A stretch of 63,573 nt of DNA, the filler included, from Intoshia linei (Eukaryota > Animalia > Orthonectida): assembly GCA_001642005.1 (NCBI GenBank). It is 10 parts of 10 records of this genome, joined end to end, with 100 filler letters (N's around TTAATTAATTAA, not from the genome) between each part and the next. Parts side by side here need not be neighbours in the genome. Positions count along the whole stretch, not along the records: positions 52,241 to 60,940 come from LWCA01001431.1; positions 61,041 to 62,304 come from LWCA01002704.1; positions 62,405 to 63,573 come from LWCA01002751.1; 7 more parts are not named here. One strand, 5' to 3'. The position numbers and the translations under genes were made by a program. Every line of letters begins with the position of its first letter. Within the stretch, counting starts at the first letter, position 1. This document shows positions 53,529 to 63,573 of the stretch, one piece after another. Below the pieces are notes generated by a model. The model was not told the DNA's origin. It was given only the letters and a program-made list of their open reading frames with translations, and did no database searches.

Positions 53529-56262
53529 CTTTGGATCATGAAAATATTTTGTATTATTATACAAAATAGGTCCATAAAAAGCAATATATTCGTCCTTGTT
53601 GACTTGATAACGTACATTATTAATTTTCAAATCTGTATCCATTTTGCACTTTCTTATTTGAAAGGTGGTGCCATAAAATCGAAATATTTCATATACAAAA
53701 CTATCTAAATATAATAAATAAATATAATTATGTATAATATACATTTTATATGTAATCTAATAAATAATGGACGATATTTTATTTATTTTTAAAATTACAT
53801 ATAAAACTAGGTTGACTGTTATGCACTACGTACAAACAGGACCTAGCTCTGCCGAGGGCACATTTTTATTATACCAAAAAAATAAATTCACGTTGAAAAT
53901 CTAACTTAAAAATCCACTATTCACTATTATCCATAAACAAGTGGTTCCCAAACTTGTTTCAGGTGGAACCATCATATGACATTACTATTGAAAATCTAAC
54001 TTAAAAATCCTACTATTCACTATTATCAATTCTTTAAAGGACTGGTTCCCAAATTTATTTCAGGTGGAACCATCATATTACATTACTTTTTACTTTAAAG
54101 TGAATTATTCCATGATAATAACAAAGGTGTATTACTTTTGTTATAAATGTTTTAAAATCATTAACATTGTAGTTAATCTCAGCCTCAGAAACGCATATCT
54201 TTATGGTCAAAACCACAAATTACCCTTTGTTTTAAAAATGAAACATGTCCTAAATTATTTTAAAACGTATATTCTGGGATGATTTTTAAAATCATAAACA
54301 TAAAAGGAAACCAAAAAAAATAAAATTTAATACAAAACAATTTAACTTATTTTAAAAAATGGTTTTAAAACTTTAACTTTATATTTTAAAATAATGACGA
54401 GTTTGAAAATTTGCGAGTTATAGAGAGAATACTGTATTTTAAGTTCTTAAAGGTCTGTAATAAATGTTTTTGGAGAGGGAGACAATCTTCCAAAAATTAA
54501 ATATTTTTAATCTACTAGCCATCGTTTAAAAATTTAAAAAGTTAGAAATCCTGGTCTAAATAATTATATACGTTGACCATTTCTAATAAAATGTTGAAAA
54601 TGATTTATTTTAATTCAATTTCTTGAATAAACAATTCAAAATAACTAACCTTGGATGAAAAGTCAAATTTAATGATTTTACAACTTGAATCTTAAACATG
54701 CCAAAAAACAAAAACAACAGATATATTAGTGCGACCAGAAGTACGAAGTACGACTTTTGAACAGTGCCAAAAATCAACTTTAGTAGGCTGACCATATTTG
54801 TGTCGTACTAAAAGTAGTACTTTTATTGCATAGTAATTAATTGCATTTTTGATTAGAAAAATGAAAATTTAAGTTGAATTTCAATATACAAGTTTATTTA
54901 CTACGACAAAGTACGACTAAAGACTTGTATTTATATCATATAATCCAAAAAACTGTGCCGATATTAACCTCATATAAATTTATAAATTTTTTTTTTGCAG
55001 CTCCACCAATTATTTTATCTACGAACCGCCACTGATCATATTATAATATGAGGTAATTAATTTTCATACTTGTAACATAATTATTATAATGATACGACCA
55101 ATTTTATATCCATTTATTATATTTTATTATTGTCTAAAAATACACTAATAATATAAATGTGAATTACCTAATAAAGGCAATTGATCCATTTTTTCAATTG
55201 AAACTAAAATTTCGCTATTTTGATTATTTCGACTAGAGGTATCAAATTCACAAAGAATTTCACGGTATAAATCATTTTGAATTTTTTTGTCTATAAAACA
55301 ATGGTTAATGGCCCACAACGTGGCCATATAAACATTATTTGAAACGTGAAGAATAAATAAATTTGAGCAAATAATTTCGTTTTCATTGGAATTATGTTCA
55401 ATGTGTATTTCCGTAGTTTTGCGAATTTTAAGACTAACGTTTCTTTGTAAAAGGATATTTGATTTAGGAAAATTCTTCAATTGACCCATAGCTCTATAAG
55501 TGGCCCAATGCAGCCATTTAGGCATCCCAATAATCCACATGGTGAAATATTTATGAAAAATATTTAAATTGTCATAAAACGTTTGATATTTGAAAGATAT
55601 TGGTGTTTGTTTTTCAATTTCTTTTAAATTTGTACTGGTGCCAAACAAATTATGAAAAATTGATTTGAACATTGTATGTTTCATAAACTCATTAAATTCA
55701 ATGTCGTGTTTTGTGTGAGAATTAAAAAACGTTTTAATATCACAGTCTAATAATTTTGAATAATTAACCAAATCATCAATATGATTTTTCATTATATCTA
55801 CTACAACAGTTGAATTAATGGCATTTATAGTGTCTGATTTTGACCCAAACAAGTTATTTTGTACTTTTACACGAATCGGCGAAAATTGTAATAATTTATT
55901 TTGAGATAATGACTTGAACCCATCTCTAGCACATATTATATTTAACGAAAATGTGTAAAATCTCAATTTAAATATATCACCATATTTTTCATTGCATTCT
56001 CTTAAGAAGGTAATATTTTCTTTGACAAATCTATTTGAATGTCCAAATATGCTAGTGCTATCCACTTTCGGTATTCTAAATTATATTTTTAATTTATTTT
56101 TATTGGCTTTTACTTTTTAAATTTTCCCGTTTTTTCAACTCGTTTTGATACTGACACGTATAACAATATTGCGCACGTTAAAAGTAAACATAATGATGTG
56201 CATGAAATTCCTATAGACTGTAATTTATATAGTATTTCTACACTATTAAAGTTTTTAAGCAT
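53529..56262 (-). CDS. Cytochrome P450 of the CYP7/CYP8/CYP39 clan; haem-binding exon not found
   Basis: Exon 1 (ATG 56262) encodes a TM anchor; FLRECNEKYGDIF; I-helix NLFILHVSNNVYMATLW; LPLLDSFVYEIFR (ExxR); YFHDPK. Confidence 0.82.
53807..54112 (-). mobile_element. Helitron 3' end with internal ~95-bp duplication, in the P450 intron
   Basis: CTAG plus hairpin; the segment ttgaaaatctaacttaaaaatcc...caggtggaaccatcatat occurs twice. Confidence 0.7.
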
Positions 56263-56678
56263 TTTTTTACTTTGTTTAAAATAAAACTGAAATTATGAAA
56301 TTATAATGAAATTTTTTTACTTTTTCATTCGTTTTATTTAATGTATATTCAACTAATTATTTCTGAAATTATCTATCGTGTTTTCATAGCTTATAGCTTG
56401 TTAGTACTACATTTATTGCATGTATATTAACGAAAAAGGTTTAAGATTAAAAGTTTATAAAACGATGTTAAGATCATAACTTATGAGTTATAATTATACT
56501 ATCTAATGCCATTTAAAATTCGAAATAACTTTGAAAACCTTGTGAATTAGTTGTAATTATAGTTAATTGTAACTGTAATAGTTATTTTGTTAATGATGCA
56601 ACTTTATAATCTTTTAGAAATCCTATTTTCTGTATATTGACCATTAATTGCATTAAGTTTAGATTTTTATATAGTAAA

Positions 56679-56772
56679 CTAGCTTGACTGTTATGTACTA
56701 CGTACAAACAGCACCTAGCTCTGCCGAGGGCACATTTTTATTATACCGAAAAAATAAATTCCCGTTGAAAAT
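56679..56772 (-). mobile_element. Helitron 3' end
   Basis: CTAGCTTGACTGTTATGTACTACGTACAAACAGCACCTAGCTCTGCCGAGGGCAC. Confidence 0.7.
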
Positions 56773-57553
56773 CCTAAAAAAAGATTATTCTGATAGAGCT
56801 TATTCCAGTTGATATTAATACAAAATTTCAACCCCAGAAATCTACGCATTTCCGGTGAAAAATAATTTTTAATATATTATCAACCAATGTTTTTTAAATA
56901 TTGTATTAAAATTAAAAAGTAAATGTAATCATCCCACAATTTAAAAAAAAAATGTGCATTGAATGTCTATACATTTTCCAATAAAGATAATAATAAATAT
57001 GAGTGGAAATCTATATAATTGATTTCTTCGGATTTTTTTTCATTGCTACGAAAATTTTTATTCTCTTACGTAGGGATTATTATTGGCAATTTATCAAAAT
57101 GTTTTTATTGTATTTTACATACATGTATATTGTGCATGTTAATTATATTTTATAGATAACTTTTATTTTTATCGATATAATTTAGACGCTGATTGTACTG
57201 TAATAATTTATTATGCTTTAGTTTGAAAGAAAAATTTTAAAAAAACCAAAGCATTGACAACCTCTGGCAAAAGATTATCTCTTTGTTTAGTTATATAATG
57301 TCCATTTATTGAGAACACTTTCTCAGCCTCACAACTGGAGATTATTTATAATGACACAATTTTATAATGAGTATTATAATTGAACATTAATTAATTAATT
57401 ATGCTATTTCCATTAAAATTAATTGGTAAATTTATCGAAACAATTTTATTGAATGGCAACACTAATAAGGATTATCATAAATTAAAAATAAATATGGAAA
57501 GTTATGCGATGTAGTTGGTTCGATTTTAAACTTAAATAATTTATTAGTAGATC

Positions 57554-57761
57554 TATAGATGTTCTCTATTTATATAGTTATTCTGTTTGCACAAAAGTAG
57601 GTCATGTTTGTATTTGATATAGTCATGTTGCATTTAATATGGTCATATTTGATTTTAATATAGTCATTATGTTTATTATTAGTCATAGTAATAATGACTA
57701 TTAAATTCAAATATGACCATATTAAATGCAAACATGACTATATAAATAGAGAACATCTATA
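57554..57761. mobile_element. Palindromic MITE with ~21-bp subterminal tandem units
   Basis: Perfect terminal inverted repeat TATAGATGTTCTCTATTTATATAGT; units of gtcatgtttgcatttaatat, related units also at 59478-59540. Confidence 0.75.
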
Positions 57762-58396
57762 ATATTTCGTTTTAAATATTAGCAAAAAAGATACAATTTA
57801 ATAAACCAGTATTGAAATTAAAACATAAAAAACGTGCATGAAGAGGTCAACAAACGGGTCAGTTTTTAGAGCATAAATTGTAATAAGTTTCATATAAAAA
57901 TCTTTCAAAATTCCTGCAAGAATATAAAACAATTTCATTGCATCTTCGTCGTACGATCATACTATTAATTAACGTACTATTTACATTTTATTTAGTTTTA
58001 ATGTTTTAAAAAAACCCAATTTCTAATGCAGTCTTTTCAGGGGATGTTTATATGTCTATTTTTCAGCTTTCGAATTTGAGTCCTTCAGGGTCAAAAACCC
58101 AATTTGTCCTTTTGTTTCAAAATAAAATCAGCGCAAAAATTTAATACAACATAAATTCTGCGACGTGTTTTAAAATCATTAATATTGTCGTAAATCTCAG
58201 CTTCAGAAACGCACGCCTTCATTGGTCAAAAACACAAATTACCTTCCGTTTATAAAACGAAAAATATAGAAATTACTGCAATAATTTATTTTTGAGTTTT
58301 AAATTATTGCTTATTTGCAAATTTTAAAAAAATGTAAGTTAATAGTAGTAAATTATGGTAATAAGTGTATGTAAATTAACGTTTTATTTCATGAAA

Positions 58397-58875
58397 CTAG
58401 GTTGACTGTTATGTATTACGTACAAAAAGCACCTAGCTCTGCCGAGGGCATATTTTTATTTTACCAAAAAAATACATTCATGTTGAAAATCTAACTTACA
58501 AATCCTACTATTCACTATTATCAATCCTTTAAAGGAGTGGTTCCAAAATTTGTTTCAGGTGGAATCATCATATCACATTAAATTTTACTTTAAAGTGAAT
58601 TATTCCATCTTAATTTTTTGTTTGTTAACATTTACGTAAAGAATTTTAAAAACCATTTTTATCCCATTTTTTTAATTTATTAGACATAATGTGTGTATAA
58701 TATTAAAAATAAAGTAAAAACAGTCCAATCCTAAAAATTGTCATAAATAGCATAAATTCCAAAAAAATAAAATTACGTCCAATCCCAAAAATTGTCATAA
58801 ATAGCATAAATTCCAGAAAAAATAAAATAATATGATTTTAAAATCCGCATCAGCGAATATATCTTTTTAAATTCA
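58397..58875 (-). mobile_element. Helitron 3' part
   Basis: CTAG plus hairpin; joins the 5'-module sequence gattttaaaatccgcatcagcg near 58835. Confidence 0.72.
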
Positions 58876-59091
58876 CTGTCGATATAATAACTAACTAAAA
58901 ATGTAAATAAAAATCAAATAATTAATTTTTTTTTAAAAAATTTTATGAAATATGCTATTAATTCAGTATAAATATTTAATATGAAGTTTTCAAATAGCTA
59001 GTAAAATAAACTTGTACTCGAGTTATTGTTAAATTTAAATTAAATTTTAAGGGATTTAATAACGAGTATATTTTATAGCGAGTGTACTCAT

Positions 59092-59403
59092 TAGGGTGTC
59101 ACATTTTTTGGAAAATTTTAGAATTCGATGGGCAATTAGCACTAAAAGTGTGTATTTTTAAAATAGAAAAACTAATTCGCAATCAAAAATATTTAACGCT
59201 ATCTATTCGAATTGCGTTTGTCATTTTAAATATCACTGTATAAATATTATTAGGAAATAAAAACTGGAAATTTACGTTATTTTAACGGAAATCGGCGTTT
59301 GAGCTTTTAAACGTGGTACCGCCTTTATAATACTGTTCTCCATGTTTAGTTATACCGTTTATTTTTTTTAAATGTGTTTCTAGCTCAATTTTTTTGGATT
59401 TTA
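59092..59403 (+). repeat. Dispersed repeat, copy of 39000-39351
   Basis: Direct comparison with the reverse complement of 39000-39351. Confidence 0.7.
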
Positions 59404-60250
59404 TTAACAATTGAATTCTGGTTATTTACAAATATAATAAATTCATTCAAATACAAGACATTCACGATCTTGTTAATCATGTTTGTAAAAATAAAGTCAT
59501 GTTTGCATTGAATAAAGTCATGTTTGCAATGAATATGGTCAATACAGGGATTCCATAATATACCAAAATTTATTAGATATTTTTTGTTAAAATAACTTTT
59601 AAGTAATTTTTAAAAAACAATAGTTAAATTAATCTTTTACAATATATTCGGGAAATTTTTTCGATAATTATATTTAAATTTTATATTATTTAATTAAATA
59701 AATTTATATTTATATAGAGTTAATATTATTTGCATGAATTGTAGTTTCAAGATCATGATTGGATGTGATTCTACCTTTACAATCAGAACTTACACATTTC
59801 CAGTATAATGTGGTCATGTTCCTTTATGTATTGTATACATATATCCAAAGTGGTACAGCTTAGCCTTTCCTCTTATTGTCGAAAATAATTTTATACTGTT
59901 CGATTTCATGTTGATGTTTATCTCTTCCATTAAGTCTTTTGTTTATAATTCGAGTAACTATTATTATGAGATTAAAATTATTTTTTAATTAAAAATAATC
60001 CTGTTAAATAGATTTGTTATTATAAAGTATTATAATCAAAATATTTTCTTTTTTTTTTCTTGGACAGATTACACTACCAATATAATTTAATTGAAATATA
60101 ATCTTGGATTAATTACTATCTAATCATTTATTATTAATCTCGCCTTATAAATACTGCAGCACATATATATGAAATATTTTACGCTATTGAATATTTGATT
60201 TTATTATTAATATTTTAATAATTTTATTGCAATCTTTTAAAATACCAAAA

Positions 60251-60890
60251 ATGACCACAAGAATTGGAGATATTTTGGTTGGTCCATATGTCGGTTTCAT
60301 TTTTAATGAACAGAAGCTACCTACTAGTAAAAATGTTCTTTGCAGAATATTGTCAAAAAAATCAAAACATAATATTGCCATTCCGTGGTATTGCAAGAGA
60401 AATTTTCGATATATATTGTAAAACTGGATTGAATATAATAGGCATTGAACGTATTTATGTTAAATTAAAATATTTATTTCAAAATTACAAAAATGCATTA
60501 AGAAATCCTAATTCTCATGTATCAAACAATTTTAAGCATGACTTAAATGCTGTATTTGAGGTTGCCAAATTCGACCAAAGCAAGACACTTAGTGAAGATA
60601 TAGATTTTCTCGAGAAGCAAAAAATCGGAACAGGATATATGGCCAGGGAACAAAATGATAATCCACATAAAAAAGAAATATTGGGTACCAGTAAAAGTGA
60701 AAAAACTATTATATTTAAAAAGAAAAATTCGTATGGCCCGTCAATGTGGATCTTATGGTAGTCCATCATTTAATTATGATATCAACTGAAGAAAATATAT
60801 GTGAAGAAAAAGATGATTCTAAAATTAATATGTTACACGTATGTGACTCTAAATCAATTTCAACACGAGGGGCAGCTATATTAATAGTAA
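60251..60890 (+). pseudogene. Frameshifted hATm-like transposase N-terminus
   Basis: KLPTSKNVL / AREIFDIYCKTG..KLKYL..FKHDLNAVFEVA..EDIDFLEKQK..GYM; pattern recalled from hATm-type transposases. Confidence 0.5.
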
Positions 60891-60940
60891 ATTATTAACA
60901 CTAATGTAAATCAGGGTTCGGCAACCTTTTTCATCTCGTG

Positions 60941-61040
60941 NNNNNNNNNNNNNNNNNNNNNNNNNNNNNNNNNNNNNNNNNNNNTTAATTAATTAANNNN
61001 NNNNNNNNNNNNNNNNNNNNNNNNNNNNNNNNNNNNNNNN
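60941..61040. other. Artificial contig spacer
   Basis: 44 N + TTAATTAATTAA + 44 N. Confidence 0.97.
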
Positions 61041-62304
61041 GGGAGATACGACTTGTTAATTATATTTGATGAAAATTGTTGACCATTATTGTATAGTTAA
61101 TTAAATTCTTTTGTTTTTCGTGAAAACGAGTTCATCAATTTTTAAAAAATACAATCTAGTTTTAACAATTTAAATTTTTTGGAAATAAAAAGCTTGATAA
61201 TTTCTGTAATTCAAGTTAAATTATACAGATGAATGAAAATTTAGATTAAAATAATTTTAAAAAACAATGTACTGTGAAGAAATGATAATAAGGCTTACTA
61301 GATAATTGGTAAAATTGATTGTACATGATTGATGTAATGTTATAATTAACGCATTGATAGAAGTTGCCGTCTTTTTATTGCCTCATAAAATACAAATTCG
61401 GTTTACATGTATTTTTAAAGTAACTGAGATGTAAAAATTACAAAGCAAATTAATTTACGCAATTAAATGTTATGTTTTTATTGCATTTATAAATGGTAAT
61501 AAATTAGTTGATTACAGAATTTTTCGAATTTTATCAAATTTCAACTAGAAATGTACAATTAAAATATGAATTATTTAATCAATTTTAAAGTATTAAAAAT
61601 AAAAAATGCCGGAATAAGATCAAATTGTAGCATACTTTTCCTTTTGATTCAGTTATTGTCGTCTTGCCAATTCACAACTATAGCCAATAAAAAAAAGTTT
61701 ACGTGTATTTGATTTTATTTTAAATTTTAAGATATATGCTTGAAAGTAGGAATCTACATTGCATATGGAAGTTTTGATATATCTAGGGATTAGGACTATG
61801 ACTGAGTCTTGCGAATTTATCTCAAATGAAAGTATACATGCATATAAAATATAATAGGACATACTGAAAGAGATGGTACTAGTAAATTGTATACCTGTAG
61901 ACAAAATCAAGAATAATTTAATGTCAGTATTGATGAAGATTGATCGATTGTATATTTCTAAATGAGAATCTTTTATCTTTTTGACTTTATCCAAATTTGC
62001 TGAAATTAAATTATAAATTGGTTGGCCGAAACGTTTTAATTGTTAATATTTTAAAAATTAAATAGATAGATAAAAGACACGCTTCAAATTTTATCTTATA
62101 GATAATTCATACAACTGTTTGTTCATTTCTGTATGAAATTTTATATCGTTAAAGGAATTTCTTTTCCGAGATTTATCTCGACTGTGAAAATCATTTTAAA
62201 TTTATTCATTACAAGTGAAATAAAATGTTATGTAATAGTACTTGATTATTAGTTTTTACTAGTTGACTGTGCGTGATGGGTTATTTTTGGATAATGAACA
62301 ATTT

Positions 62305-62404
62305 NNNNNNNNNNNNNNNNNNNNNNNNNNNNNNNNNNNNNNNNNNNNTTAATTAATTAANNNNNNNNNNNNNNNNNNNNNNNNNNNNNNNNNNNNNNNN
62401 NNNN
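62305..62404. other. Artificial contig spacer
   Basis: 44 N + TTAATTAATTAA + 44 N. Confidence 0.97.
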
Positions 62405-62858
62405 ATCATATTCTTTCTTACATGGTAATATTCATTAGACTTTGGGAGAGATTCGATGATGCTTTTAAATTTCCGCAATTATATACAGTAGTAATCTTTT
62501 ATTTGGTGTTCAGATATGTGAAATTGATTACTTTCCAATTTTATCACATTTACATCTGTTTTATGTGAAAGAATGTCGGCGGTATGATTGTGGATATCGG
62601 GTACCAAATCAGAAAATGTTGAAATTTTGGATGAGTTATTTTTTTGAACTAAATGTCAGTTCAGACAGGCAAGTTTTTTTTGACCTATACATTTTGAAAT
62701 TTGGATCTATAAATCTGACTTTTTGTACCTAATAGAAAAATATTCTAACTTTTTGGACTTTAAAATATTTTATTTTAAGAGCAACTTATAAATTATACTA
62801 ACAATCCTATTTATGACAAATTTATTAAAATTCACTGAAAAAAATAATATTAATTAGT

Positions 62859-63440
62859 TTAATTTGTTGCTAAATTATAATGACAAACTATATATTTTTT
62901 AATATTATCGGTTTTAAAATTTCTATCTTTTGCAATCAGTTTTTTAAGCATAGAGAAGCTTCGTTCTACGGCAGTTGAATTTGATTTACAATTTCCCAAG
63001 AGTTCATATATATACGGAGAAATATTACCATTCTTCAATTCATAAATAACTCTAATGTCATTGTTTTCCAGGCGTTTCATAATGTATAATTTGATATTAC
63101 ATGGATCTTCTTCAAAATAGATATATTTCATAGCTTTCCAGGATTTAATTATAGAAAAAGAGCAATCTTCACATTTTTTTATTAATTCATGTATCATTTT
63201 GTAGCCTAATATAATTTTTAATTCTGATAGTAATGCTTCTTTGGATATTGCACATTTGTCTTGTCTAACTATGATACCGTCAGCTTCGAATTTGTTAACT
63301 ATTCGTTTGCAAGCAGCTAAGCAAGTTCCTCATCGTGTAGCAACTGGGATGGGAGGGTATCCAATTTCTGAGAATAGCGAATTTCTTTTAGTTCTTCACT
63401 AGTGATTATTTTGAAATGGTATTTTGAAAACGTCTATTAA
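62859..63440 (-). pseudogene. Decayed hAT-like transposase C-terminal half
   Basis: PIPVATR*GTCL (cf. TRWGTWL) and NSTAVERSFSMLKKL (dimerisation motif). Confidence 0.7.
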
Positions 63441-63573
63441 CATTATTACATAAATAATATTCATATTCATATATATACTTTTGATATAACTCACTTGTGA
63501 TGTCTAACTACCAGAGTGATTATAGTCATATAATTGTATTCTGCGTGGCTAGGTTCGAATCGAGATTTGGACA

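Noticed and set aside
62000-62040. ccgaaacg as a Penelope-type hammerhead ribozyme
   Set aside because: There is no CUGAUGA core with matching stems upstream.
63541-63573. GGTTCGAATC B-box / tRNA-like motif
   Set aside because: No cloverleaf or A-box could be built, and it lies at the window edge.

Overview
This is very AT-rich eukaryotic (animal) nuclear DNA, not prokaryotic. It consists of 10 contig pieces joined by artificial 100-nt spacers (44 N + TTAATTAATTAA + 44 N), so adjacency across spacers is unproven. Genes are spliced, mostly with 35-50 nt GT-AG introns plus a few long transposon-filled ones, so the ORF track splits them. Host genes recognised by manual translation: a very divergent histone H4-like ORF, EXTL3-type exostosin, class I PITP, MRPS23, ADO, CFAP100 (3' part), DNAI7/CASC1 (3' part), GET1/WRB, a divergent G-alpha-s (5' part), GOT2 (internal exons), a CD36/SCARB receptor (5' part), Rab3, NAA20 (3' part) and a CYP7-clan P450 (haem exon not seen). 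The intergenic and intronic space holds a high-copy non-autonomous Helitron family, several hAT MITEs with 8-bp TSDs (one only 52 bp), two IR-DR Tc1 elements, decayed Chapaev3-, hATm-, Buster- and PIF/ISL2EU-like transposases, and an LTR-retroelement 3' remnant. Motile-cilia genes, Rab3, tiny introns and extreme protein divergence would fit a compact parasitic invertebrate such as an orthonectid; this is inference only. I found no convincing new multi-gene system. The best candidate novelty is the tail-less H4 variant with a loop insertion. All family assignments come from recalled motifs, not database searches.
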